The position numbers and the translations under genes were made by a program. From Candidatus Latescibacterota bacterium (GTDB lineage Bacteria; Latescibacterota; UBA2968; UBA8231), in contig CBDETY010000003.1 of NCBI GenBank assembly GCA_965243025.1, positions 3,168,001 through 3,232,000 on the forward strand: a DNA stretch of 64,000 nucleotides, given 5' to 3'. This document shows, in pieces, positions 19,799 to 28,588 of this stretch. The stretch's first letter is position 1. Each line of letters starts with the position of its first letter. The notes below the pieces were generated by a model. The model was not told where the DNA came from and did no database searches. It worked only from the letters and a program-made list of their open reading frames with translations.

Positions 19799-20848
19799 CT
19801 ACCCGTGGCGCGAGCGCAGCAGTTCCGCCCCGCCGCACATCGCCTTCAGCTTCAGGTAGGCCTCGTCGAGGTCGATCGGGTTCTGCACCGACGGCGAGAA
19901 GCCGCAGTCCGGGTGCAGGACGATGCGCTCCTTGTCGACGTATTTCATCGCCTCCTCGACCCGCGACGCCACCAGCTCCGGGGTCTCGATCCCGCGGTCG
20001 CAGTGGTCGATGCACCCGAGCCCGAGCCTGGCCTCCTTCGGGAACGACGCCAGGCATCCCAGGCCGCCCGAGACCGGGGTGGCCAGCTCGAGGGAAAAGA
20101 TGTCGGCGGAAATGCGCGCCAGCCCGGACATGATCGGGTCGAGCGCCCCCTCGCTGCCGTGCCGGTGGTCGAAGTGGGCGTGACACAGGTGCAGGCCGGT
20201 GGTTACGCCCGTCACCCCCTCGAGGGTGGCGTTGACGACCTCGACGCAGAGGTCGATCTCGGCCTGCATGTCCTCGATGCCGTCTTCGGCCCGCTTCTCC
20301 GGATCGACGAGGACGCAGAGCCAGGGCTCGTCGAGCTGCACGGTGTCGGCCCCCGCCTCCTTCAGCAGCTCGATCTCCTGCCGCAGGACCGGGGCGCAGG
20401 CGCGCATCAGGTCGGAGGGGTGCGGATAGGCCTCGCGGGAGTGCTCCTCGTGCCACATGCGGCGGCCGATCGTGTACGGCCCCGGAATCGTCGCCTTTAC
20501 GCGCCGTCCGGTGCGGCTCCTGAGATAGCGGACCTCCTCGGCGGCGATCGGGCGGTGGTACTCGATCGGCTCGACCACGGCCGGGTAGGGAAGGCCGCTG
20601 ACGGTGAGGTCGGGCCGGAAGCCGCGCACGCGCTCGGCGAACACCTTGACGTAGCTCTCGCGCCGCCACTCGCCGTCGGTTATCTCCTCGAGGCCGGCCC
20701 GCTCCTGCAGCAGGATCGCCGATTCGATGGCGCCGTCGAGGATGCGGTCTGCATCCGCCTCGGACAGGGCTCCCGCCTTTCTTTCGAGAATGAGCTGCCG
20801 CACCCATTCCGGCCTGGGAAGGCTGCCGATCACGGTGGTTGGAAACAT
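19799..20848 (-). CDS. Cobalamin-independent methionine synthase II family protein (single barrel)
   Basis: TTVIGSLPRP, TDGEWRR, VQLDEP, LHLCH, HPDCGF Zn-binding motifs. Confidence 0.88.
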   Translation of the reverse strand: MFPTTVIGSLPRPEWVRQLILERKAGALSEADADRILDGAIESAILLQERAGLEEITDGEWRRESYVKVFAERVRGFRPDLTVSGLPYPAVVEPIEYHRPIAAEEVRYLRSRTGRRVKATIPGPYTIGRRMWHEEHSREAYPHPSDLMRACAPVLRQEIELLKEAGADTVQLDEPWLCVLVDPEKRAEDGIEDMQAEIDLCVEVVNATLEGVTGVTTGLHLCHAHFDHRHGSEGALDPIMSGLARISADIFSLELATPVSGGLGCLASFPKEARLGLGCIDHCDRGIETPELVASRVEEAMKYVDKERIVLHPDCGFSPSVQNPIDLDEAYLKLKAMCGGAELLRSRHG

Positions 20849-20995
20849 GCCGTCCTCCAAAGTGCCTGGTTGCGCAATTCCGCGTGAATCCGGCCGCTCG
20901 ATTGCGCGCGCAGCACCGGCTGATCGTCGATTGACTGCGTTCCGGTTGCGCATATAGTAAGCCGGCACCTGAAGCGGATAAACGGAAGGACCTCC

Positions 20996-21805
20996 ATGGG
21001 GGACAGACTGAAAGACAAGGTCGCCATCGTCTGCGGCGCCGGTTCCATCGGGCCGGGATGGGGCAACGGCAAGGCCGCCGCGGTGCTGTTCGCGCGCGAG
21101 GGGGCCAAGGTGCTCGCTGCCGACATCGAACCGGAGGCGGCGGAGGAGACCGCCGGCATCATCGCCGATGAAGGAGGGGAGTGCAGCGTCGCCGCGTGCG
21201 ACGTGTCGAAAGGGCACGAAGTCGAGGCCATGACCGCCCGCTGCATCGAGTTGTACGGCCGCGTCGACGTCCTCCACAACAACGTCGGCATCCTGCGGCT
21301 CGGGGGGCCGGTGGAAAGCAGCGAGGAGGACTGGGACCTCGTCTGCGACGTCAACCTCAAGTCCGTCTTCCTCACCTGCAAAAGCGTGCTGCCCCACATG
21401 GAGCGCCAGGGGGGCGGGGCCATCGTCAACGTCGCCTCGATTTCCGGAATCCGCTGGCTCGGCGTCCCGTACATATCGTACAGCGCCACCAAGGCGGCGG
21501 TGATCCAGTTCAGCCAGTCGGTCGCGCTCCAGTACGCGGCGCGCAACATCCGCTGCAACAGCATCCTCCCCGGCCTGATGAACACGCCGATGGCGCGCAA
21601 GTCGGTGGCCGAGGCGTACTCGGGGGGGGACGTCGAGAAGATGATCGCGATCAGGGACGCGCAGGTGCCGATGGGCCGGCAGGGGGACGCCTGGGACGTC
21701 GCCTACGCCGCCCTCTTCCTCGCCTCGGACGAGGCCAGGTACGTCACCGGCACCCAGCTGGTCGTCGACGGCGGCTTCACCTGCAGCGCCGTGTCTCCCC
21801 CGTGA
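20996..21805 (+). CDS. SDR family oxidoreductase
   Basis: GAGSIGPGWGNG, LHNNVG, YSATKAA, ILPGLMNTP, VDGG. Confidence 0.9.
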   Translation: MGDRLKDKVAIVCGAGSIGPGWGNGKAAAVLFAREGAKVLAADIEPEAAEETAGIIADEGGECSVAACDVSKGHEVEAMTARCIELYGRVDVLHNNVGILRLGGPVESSEEDWDLVCDVNLKSVFLTCKSVLPHMERQGGGAIVNVASISGIRWLGVPYISYSATKAAVIQFSQSVALQYAARNIRCNSILPGLMNTPMARKSVAEAYSGGDVEKMIAIRDAQVPMGRQGDAWDVAYAALFLASDEARYVTGTQLVVDGGFTCSAVSPP

Positions 21806-21870
21806 TCCGGGGCGCCGGCAGGCGGCTGGACGAACCGGCGGGCGAAACTCAAACCCGGAAAGAGAAGGGA

Positions 21871-22872
21871 ATGCGGAACGGACTCCTGGCGATCCTGGCC
21901 GCGGCCGCCGTTGCGGCCGGCTGCGGCCGCGGCGGCCCGGAAGAAGAGGGCCGCCTCAGGATCGGCTATATCGTCAACTTCATGTCGCACGAGTGGTACC
22001 AGAACATCTGTGCGGCGGCCGAGGCGCGCGCCTCGGAGCTCGGGGTGGACCTCGTCATCGCCGACGCCAACCTCGACATCGCCGCGCAGATCTCCAAGGC
22101 GGAGAACATGATCGCCCAGGGAGTCGACGTGCTGGCCCTCACCCCGGTCGACGCCAAGGCCCTCGGCGTCGTCATCGGGCAGGCCCGGGCCAGGGGCATC
22201 CGGGTGCTGACCGAATCGAACCCCGCCGCCGGCGCCGAGACCTACGTCGGCATCGACAACCGGGCGGCCGGGCGCAAGGCCGGGGACTGGTTCGTCGAGC
22301 ACGCCGCGGCAACCGGGATCGACCCGAAAATCCTCCTCGTCGGCTTCCCGAACTTCGAGGACTGCCGGCAGCGCGTCGACGGGTTCGTCTCCGCCCTGGA
22401 CGATGCCGGCCTCTCCGGGGCGGTGGTCCAGGAAGTCGACGGCCAGGGCCTCAAGGAGAAGGCCTTCAAGGTCGCCCAGGACGCCCTGACCGCCCATCCG
22501 CAAATCAACGTCCTCTTCGGGATCAACGACGATTCGACCACCGGCGCCATGGCCGCCTACCGCGCCGCCGGCCTCGACGAGAGCGAGCTGCTGGCGATCG
22601 GGTTCGGGTTCGAGGGCTCGGTAGGGCGCACCGCCCTGCTCGGGGACACCCCGTACAAGGCGGCGCTGGCGATGTTCCCCCACTTCGTCGGCGCCTCGAT
22701 CGTCGACGCCGCCGTCAGCCTCGCCGCAGGGGATACCCTGCCGGCGCATTACGAGACCCCGACGATCATGATCACGCGCGCCAACTTCCCGCAGTTCTAC
22801 GGCGGCCCCGGGGAGGGCTACCCCATGAAGGTCGAGGCGGTGCGCCGGCTGATGGCGGCTTCCCGCAGGTAG
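21871..22872 (+). CDS. Sugar ABC transporter substrate-binding lipoprotein (RbsB-like)
   Basis: Lipobox VAAGC, YVGIDN, RVDGF, FGINDD. Confidence 0.88.
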   Translation: MRNGLLAILAAAAVAAGCGRGGPEEEGRLRIGYIVNFMSHEWYQNICAAAEARASELGVDLVIADANLDIAAQISKAENMIAQGVDVLALTPVDAKALGVVIGQARARGIRVLTESNPAAGAETYVGIDNRAAGRKAGDWFVEHAAATGIDPKILLVGFPNFEDCRQRVDGFVSALDDAGLSGAVVQEVDGQGLKEKAFKVAQDALTAHPQINVLFGINDDSTTGAMAAYRAAGLDESELLAIGFGFEGSVGRTALLGDTPYKAALAMFPHFVGASIVDAAVSLAAGDTLPAHYETPTIMITRANFPQFYGGPGEGYPMKVEAVRRLMAASRR

Positions 22873-22886
22873 AAGCGCAACCCGGA

Positions 22887-23855
22887 ATGCGGACCTTGGC
22901 GTCGCGCCTGCTGCACAGCGAGCAGGCCGGCCTGCTGATCGCCCTGCTGCTCCTGTGCGCCGTCATCGCCGTGCTGTCGCCGGTCTTCCTGACGGTGGCC
23001 AACGTCACCAACATCCTTCGCGACGCCTCGCTGGTGGCGATCGCCGGCATCGGCATGGCCCTGATCATCCTGCAGGGAGAGATCGACCTCAGCGTCGGCT
23101 CGGCCCAGGCGGTCGCCGGCATTCTGGCGGTCCTCGTCCTCAACGGCAGCGGCAGCATCCTTCTGGCCTTCGCCGCGGCCCTGTGCCTCGGCGCCGGGGT
23201 CGGAGTCGCCAACGGCCTGCTGGTGACGAGGGCGGGCATCAACTCGCTGATCGCCACCCTGGGAATGATGGCGATCCTGCGCGGGGCGGCCATGGTGTCG
23301 ACGCAGGCGGTGTCCATCCAGGCGGCGGTCCCCGGCTTCAGCGACATCGGCACCGGCCACCTTGGACCCCTGCCGCTGCCGGTCGCCGTCGCCGCCTTCT
23401 TCTTCGCCTTTTTCTACTTCGTCCTCCACCACACCCCGTTCGGCCGCTACATCTACGCCGTCGGCGGCAACGCCGAGGCCGCCCGCCTCGCCGGCCTGCC
23501 GGTCGAGCGGATCAAGGTGACGGTGTTCGCCATCGGCGGGGCCATGGCGGCGATCAGCGCCTTCATCCTCGCCTCGCGCCTCAACTCCGGGCAGCCGAAC
23601 GCCGGGCTCGGCTTCGAGCTGCAGGTGATCGCCGCGGTCGTGCTCGGGGGCGTCAGCCTCACCGGGGGCGTCGGGTCGCTCGCCGGGGCGATCCTCGGCA
23701 TCCTCATCCTCACGGTGCTCAACAACGGCCTCGTGCTGCTCAACGTCTCCTCCTTCTACCACGACATCGCCCGCGGCCTCGTCATCATCCTCGCCGTGTA
23801 CCTCGACCGCCGCCGCCGCGATTCCGTCCTGCGCCGGCTGCTGGCCAACCCGTGA
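22887..23855 (+). CDS. Sugar ABC transporter permease (RbsC-like)
   Basis: IDLSVGS, GRYIYAVGGNAEAARLAG, ELQVIAAVVLGG. Confidence 0.92.
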   Translation: MRTLASRLLHSEQAGLLIALLLLCAVIAVLSPVFLTVANVTNILRDASLVAIAGIGMALIILQGEIDLSVGSAQAVAGILAVLVLNGSGSILLAFAAALCLGAGVGVANGLLVTRAGINSLIATLGMMAILRGAAMVSTQAVSIQAAVPGFSDIGTGHLGPLPLPVAVAAFFFAFFYFVLHHTPFGRYIYAVGGNAEAARLAGLPVERIKVTVFAIGGAMAAISAFILASRLNSGQPNAGLGFELQVIAAVVLGGVSLTGGVGSLAGAILGILILTVLNNGLVLLNVSSFYHDIARGLVIILAVYLDRRRRDSVLRRLLANP

Positions 23856-25348
23856 CCTCCCCGGCCGGGAAGGGCGAGCCGCTGCTCGACCTGCGCCGGA
23901 TCAGCAAGCGCTTCCCCGGTGTGCAGGCCCTGGCCGAGGTCGATTTCGATCTGCGCCGGGGGGAGGTGCACGCCCTCGTCGGCGAGAACGGGGCCGGCAA
24001 ATCGACGCTGATCAAGATCCTCACCGGCGTGCACCGGGCCGACGGCGGCTCGTACGCCATCGACGGCCGCCCGGCCGCCGCCGGCGATCCGCGGGCGGCG
24101 ATTGCCGCCGGCATCAGCGTCGTCTACCAGGAGCCGAAGCTGGCGCCCAACCTGTCGGTGGCGGAGAACATCTTCTTCGGCCGGCTCCCTTCGCGGCGGG
24201 GGCGGGTCGCCTGGCGGCGCCTTCACGAGGAGGCGGCCGCAGCCCTGGGCCAGGTCGGCCTCGAAGTCGACCCGCGGCGGCAGGTCCGCCACCTCGGCAT
24301 CGGCGAGCAGCAGCTCGTCGAGGTGGCGCAGGCGCTGACGCAGTCGGCGCGCGTCCTCATCCTCGACGAGCCCACCTCCGCCCTCAGCCCGCGCGAGATC
24401 GAGCGGCTTTTCGCGCTGATCCGGCGGCTGCGGCAGGAGGGGGCGGCGATCGTGTACGTGTCGCACAAGCTCGAGGAGATCCTCGCCCTCTCCGACCGGG
24501 TCACCGTGCTGCGGGACGGCAGGCTGGTGCGCACCGCCCCGGCGGCCGAGCTCGACGGCGAACGGCTGATCTCCCTGATGGCGGGAAGGGCCCTCGGCCC
24601 CGGGGGGGCCTCAGCTCCGGCCGGCAGCGGCGAAATCGCCATCGAAGTGCGGAACCTGTCTACCGCCCGGGTGCGCGACGTCAGCTTCCGCGCCCACCGC
24701 GGCGAGATCGTGGGCTTCTCCGGGCTGATGGGGGCCGGCCGCACCGAGCTCGCCCGCGCCGTCCTGGGTGCCGATCCGCGGCGTGAAGGGGAGATCGAGG
24801 TCGGCGGGAAGAGGCTGCCCCCGGACTCGACCGCGGCAGCCCGCCGTCTCGGAGTCGGGCTGGTCCCCGAGGACCGCCGCGGCGGAGGGCTCTTCCCGGA
24901 GCAGCCGGTGCTGCACAACATGACAGTCGCCGCCCTCGACCGTTTCTGCTCGCGCGGGGTCATCAGTGCCGCCCGGGAGCGGGCGGCGGCCGCCGCCCTC
25001 GTCGGGGAGCTGTCGATCCGCACCCCTTCGCTGCGGCAGCGGATCGCCGTGCTCAGCGGCGGCAACCAGCAGAAGGTCCTCGTGGCGCGCTGGCTGATGC
25101 AGCCGAACCTCGAGGTGCTGTTCGTCGACGAGCCCACCCGGGGCATCGACGTCGGCGCCCGCTTCGAGATCTACCGCCTGCTGCTGGAAATGGCGGACCG
25201 GGGGCTCGCGGTGATCGTCATCTCTTCGGAGATCCCGGAGCTGCTGCGGCTGTGCAACCGCATCTACGTGATGAAGGGGGGCGGCATCGTCGCCGAGCTT
25301 CCCGGGGCCGGCACCACCCCGGAAGAGCTGCTGGCCAGGGCGATATGA
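23852..25348 (+). CDS. Sugar ABC transporter ATP-binding protein (RbsA-like, two ABC domains)
   Basis: GENGAGKST, LDEPT, LSGGNQQK, DEPTRGIDVG. GTGA overlap with the permease gene. Confidence 0.92.
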   Translation: MTSPAGKGEPLLDLRRISKRFPGVQALAEVDFDLRRGEVHALVGENGAGKSTLIKILTGVHRADGGSYAIDGRPAAAGDPRAAIAAGISVVYQEPKLAPNLSVAENIFFGRLPSRRGRVAWRRLHEEAAAALGQVGLEVDPRRQVRHLGIGEQQLVEVAQALTQSARVLILDEPTSALSPREIERLFALIRRLRQEGAAIVYVSHKLEEILALSDRVTVLRDGRLVRTAPAAELDGERLISLMAGRALGPGGASAPAGSGEIAIEVRNLSTARVRDVSFRAHRGEIVGFSGLMGAGRTELARAVLGADPRREGEIEVGGKRLPPDSTAAARRLGVGLVPEDRRGGGLFPEQPVLHNMTVAALDRFCSRGVISAARERAAAAALVGELSIRTPSLRQRIAVLSGGNQQKVLVARWLMQPNLEVLFVDEPTRGIDVGARFEIYRLLLEMADRGLAVIVISSEIPELLRLCNRIYVMKGGGIVAELPGAGTTPEELLARAI

Positions 25349-25391
25349 GATCCCCGGGAGCCTGCCGGACTCATGGGATGCAGTGCCGCTT

Positions 25392-26708
25392 CTAAATCGT
25401 CGGACGCTCCCCTTCAAGCCAAATGGACTGCCTTATTTCTTTCGCTGAACGCCTGGCGCCGGCAGCAGCCGTGCTTGAACTTACGTACTCGAAATTACCC
25501 TGCCTTCCGACGCCATCAATGCCCAAGTTTGCAAGCTTTGCCCGTTCACCTTGTACTTTCTCCGTGTCCCCATGTCTGAATACGGGATATGCATGCTCCG
25601 TAACTGCCTTGCCCAGATAGCTCGGTGGTTTGTGGAAAACACTATGCTGGAAAACATGCCGCTCAAAGTCCTCGATGAGCTTTTCAATATGAGATTCAGA
25701 GGTATGTCTCGTGGTGATCTCAACAATTAAATACGACTCACCATCCAGGCGATAGAGAGCAGAATGATTGGTGATGCGCTTCCAGGATCCAGATAATGTA
25801 AAATTGAACAGGGTCGTCCAGTCGCCGCGAGGGGTTCCTTTGTAGAACAGGGAAACCAGGTTCATGGTTTCCAGTTCGACTTCTGTATCCGCCCCTGTGA
25901 GTTTCAACATCGAAGGAATGGGAATGGTCGAAACAACACGATCGTAACTTCGCAATTCCGAATTGAAGGTGACGGTAAATCTGCCTTGTGACCGCGCTAC
26001 TTTGTCGACCTCTGTATTGAGATATACGGTGGTTCCCAGGGACTGCAGGTACTGCTGAATCAGCGCGTATGCTGCATCGAATCCCGCTATCGGCTTCACG
26101 TAAATGCAATCCGTATGCTCAGCTGGTTTTCTTTTTCTCTTCAATGCTTGAAACAGCATCCGGTAAATCGGGTAATTTTTTATGTAGGACAGCCTTTGAA
26201 GCGCAAATTCGATCCCGACGTCTTGATCCGAAATGCCATAGAGGCGTTCGAGGTAGTGCTGGATGCCGCTGTTCCGATACACAGCCCTGCCCATATGGTA
26301 TTTTGCGTAAGCCGGAACATTTTTTCGGCGATGGTACAACAGTTTGCATACTGCAACGTCGAGTGCCGCATACAGGACGCCCAGCCAGCCATGGTCTCGG
26401 GCGTATGTGTTGATTGTGAGGGGATACGTGTCCACGCTGCCGCGAGGCGTAATCGTGCGCTGTCTCAGTTGAACCCGGGTAAAATGATCCTTTAAGAAAG
26501 GGAAACTGACAAACATGTCGTGGTTCTCGTTGAAAATGAAATACCCGATATCAAACGCTATTCCGTCCACACGGACACTGCGATGCAGACCGCCAAGTCG
26601 GGGCGCACGCTCGATCACGTCGACCGACAGACGAGGGTCTTTGGCCAGTTCACAGGCCGCGCATACGCCTGAGATTCCACCTCCTATAACCGCAATTCTC
26701 TTGCTCAT
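25392..26708 (-). CDS. FAD-dependent oxidoreductase (amine oxidase/UDP-galactopyranose mutase-like)
   Basis: RIAVIGGGISG dinucleotide fold, LGGLHRS, FDIG, HAYPV, VGRQGNFEY. AT-rich codon usage. Confidence 0.8.
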   Translation of the reverse strand: MSKRIAVIGGGISGVCAACELAKDPRLSVDVIERAPRLGGLHRSVRVDGIAFDIGYFIFNENHDMFVSFPFLKDHFTRVQLRQRTITPRGSVDTYPLTINTYARDHGWLGVLYAALDVAVCKLLYHRRKNVPAYAKYHMGRAVYRNSGIQHYLERLYGISDQDVGIEFALQRLSYIKNYPIYRMLFQALKRKRKPAEHTDCIYVKPIAGFDAAYALIQQYLQSLGTTVYLNTEVDKVARSQGRFTVTFNSELRSYDRVVSTIPIPSMLKLTGADTEVELETMNLVSLFYKGTPRGDWTTLFNFTLSGSWKRITNHSALYRLDGESYLIVEITTRHTSESHIEKLIEDFERHVFQHSVFHKPPSYLGKAVTEHAYPVFRHGDTEKVQGERAKLANLGIDGVGRQGNFEYVSSSTAAAGARRSAKEIRQSIWLEGERPTI

Positions 26709-26775
26709 GCCGTGTTCCGGGCACGCTCATGCCCCAGCTTCCACCGTCCAGGCGGTCAGTCCGGTGATCCGACCA

Positions 26776-26880
26776 CGTCGGGGCTTCGCGAATGAGCGTT
26801 CGATTCTCTGTCTGGAAACGCCCCGAAAACGATTCCATCGCCGGGTTGTGGCGAGCTCCGTGCTCTGCGAACGAAACCCG
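26776..26880 (-). pseudogene. Fragment of an IS3-like transposase (integrase core, end of DDE domain)
   Basis: In-frame RVSFAEHGARHNPAMESFSGRFQTENRTLIREAPT resembles the N-x-x-ESF-x-x-x-K-x-E signature of IS3-family OrfB. Confidence 0.55.
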
Positions 26881-26959
26881 GGAGTGTAGGCCAGGCAGCG
26901 GGATGTGCGAATCCCAAGTGCAGATGGCCCCGAGAGGCAGGGACGGCAGGCATCGGTCA

Positions 26960-27640
26960 TCAACTGGATGGGGAACGCCCGTCCTCCGAATTGCTCTCTC
27001 CGGCGCTGGACCTGCCCGGATCCTCCGGGACCCCTGGCGGCCTGTCCTCCCGCTTTTCTTTTTTCAGGTCTTCCAACAGGCACTCCATACGGGCCAGCTT
27101 CTCGACGATAGGCTGAAGAGGCCTGGAAACCCGCCGGTCCTCGGCTTCCCGCGCGGCGGCTTGCAGTTGGTTCCGAACCTGATTCGGACGGATTATGCCC
27201 GCCAGGGTTATATCGAATCCATGGTGGTGGCTTCCAAGAGTCGAAAGCCCCACGTCCCCGTAGCCCAGGATTCGACCCAGCATGCTCTGGTCCAGGTGCA
27301 CATACCGGATGTGTTCCGTGTCGACTCTGTTGATGTGTTGGGCGATGATTCCATGGCATTCCTCGACCTGGTCGTCCGCGATCGAATAACTGGTTCCTAC
27401 GGTGTGGTAGAGAAGGACCGCCATTTGCAAGATCGCGCCCGCCAAAAAGGCGAAGTAGGCGAAGACGACGATATCCGCCCTCCAGGCTCCCAGGAGTCGG
27501 TCCAGAAAGTCAAAGTCAGAATGCCAGCGATACGTCCCATAGGCCAGGGCGGCCCAAATCGCCACGATACCCAGTGAACTGAGCCTTGACCGCAAGGAAG
27601 GCCGCAAGAACACCGGCTCATCTGTCTTCGGTTCTGGCAT
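26960..27640 (-). CDS. Bacterial PH-domain (bPH_2/YdbS-like) membrane protein
   Basis: Two TM helices, then YSIADD...GIIAQH...IRYVHLDQSMLGRILGYGDVGLST. Confidence 0.75.
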   Translation of the reverse strand: MPEPKTDEPVFLRPSLRSRLSSLGIVAIWAALAYGTYRWHSDFDFLDRLLGAWRADIVVFAYFAFLAGAILQMAVLLYHTVGTSYSIADDQVEECHGIIAQHINRVDTEHIRYVHLDQSMLGRILGYGDVGLSTLGSHHHGFDITLAGIIRPNQVRNQLQAAAREAEDRRVSRPLQPIVEKLARMECLLEDLKKEKREDRPPGVPEDPGRSSAGESNSEDGRSPSS

Positions 27641-28039
27641 GGTAACTCCCTTCCGATTCCTTTGGGGGCAAGGTTCGGGGCGGCTCCAGGGGTCGCCGGA
27701 TGCCCGCACGCCGTCAGCGCAGTCCCCGCCCCCTCGGGCCAGGACAACGGATGACCTCCGATAAATATAACTCCGCATGAGTGATAAACCGGTGGAAATA
27801 TGGTTCATTTTAGTGGTTTTTTTATGAAAAATGATGGGAAAAGGACTTTCGGGCGTGTTGGCTTGCCCGCTACGGGTGATGACCTTCCTCGACGATTCGG
27901 GGGTTTCCCCGGAACTTCCTCTCTTCGGGGAAGGACAACGAGACGTCGCGCACGGAAAGCGGAGAAATGGCGCAAGTCCGCCGGCATCACCAGGGGCAGG
28001 GCTGATCGATGGATGCAGGAACTGTGACTGTAACGCAGA

Positions 28040-28224
28040 GCGGCGCCTGAGACGCCCACAACGGGAGGCTGGAGCGCCAGGAGAGCACGGCAGAGGTGGT
28101 GGGCGATGCCGGGCTCGCATCGAAGATCGCGAATTCCCCTGAATTCGCGGCACCTGAGACGCCCACAACGGGAGGCTGGAGCGCCAGGAGAGCACGGCAG
28201 AGGTGGTGGGCGATGCCGGGCTCG
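28040..28224. repeat. 78-bp direct repeat (28040-28117 and 28147-28224) containing the tRNA-Val 3' 21 nt
   Basis: Copies identical except one base (28045/28152), period 107 bp. Palindrome CGCGAATTC-ccct-GAATTCGCG at 28128-28149. Confidence 0.9.
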
Positions 28225-28280
28225 AACCAGCGACCCCCTGCTTGTAAGGCAGGTGCTCTGACCAACTGAGCTAATCGCCC
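28204..28280 (-). tRNA. tRNA-Val(TAC)
   Basis: Reverse complement GGGCGATTAGCTCAGTTGGTCAGAGCACCTGCCTTACAAGCAGGGGGTCGCTGGTTCGAGCCCGGCATCGCCCACCA: cloverleaf, anticodon TAC, GTTCGA T-loop, encoded CCA. Confidence 0.97.
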
Positions 28281-28381
28281 CGGCAGAAGAAGGTAGCCGC
28301 TCCTCTCGAGAGGGGCAAAGGACCGCCGGCGCCTGCATATCGAGGGGTTCCCGCCCCCTGCAACCTCGCGGTTGCGGGAAA

Positions 28382-28411
28382 TTGACGATTTCCGCGGGAC
28401 CGGGTTACATT
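28382..28411 (+). promoter_or_regulatory. Sigma70-like promoter of the tyrS leader
   Basis: TTGACG-N18-TACATT. Confidence 0.55.
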
Positions 28412-28443
28412 AGCGGACACTTGATTTTTTTACGGGTCGCGAA

Positions 28444-28500
28444 ATGACTTCAACGACACGCCTTCACAGCGAGTATCGCTACACCCCCGACAGGGGCTAG
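28444..28500 (+). CDS. Putative tyrS leader peptide MTSTTRLHSEYRYTPDRG
   Basis: 18-codon ORF with Tyr-Arg-Tyr, ending 25 nt before a terminator upstream of tyrS. Confidence 0.6.
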   Translation: MTSTTRLHSEYRYTPDRG

Positions 28501-28525
28501 CGCCGCGTTTCCTCCCGCGTATCCG

Positions 28526-28558
28526 AGCCCCCGATAGCGCTTCGGGGGCTTTTTCTTT
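28526..28558 (+). terminator. Intrinsic terminator (attenuator) upstream of tyrS
   Basis: AGCCCCCGA-tagcgct-TCGGGGGCT followed by TTTTCTTT, 30 nt before the tyrS start. Confidence 0.8.
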
Positions 28559-28588
28559 GTACGCCAACCAACCGCATCGAGGCGGCTT

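Larger units (their letters stand above)
25349..28117. mobile_element. Probable degenerate genomic islet adjoining the tRNA-Val 3' end
   Basis: Visibly lower GC than flanks, IS transposase fragment, duplicated tRNA 3' end. No integrase seen and boundaries are approximate. Confidence 0.4.

Noticed and set aside
6472-25348. Apparent long fusion ORFs (6472..8679, 8361..10244, 17983..19773, 21181..22872, 21993..23855, 22955..25348)
   Set aside because: Their Arg/Pro-rich N-terminal extensions overlap real genes in other frames. The true starts are internal.
28040-28224. Repeat-spacer-repeat as a CRISPR array
   Set aside because: Only two 78-bp units that contain tRNA sequence, and no cas genes in the window.
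28412-28588. T-box riboswitch upstream of tyrS
   Set aside because: No GGTGGNACCGCG T-box consensus or recognisable stem I. A leader-peptide model fits better.
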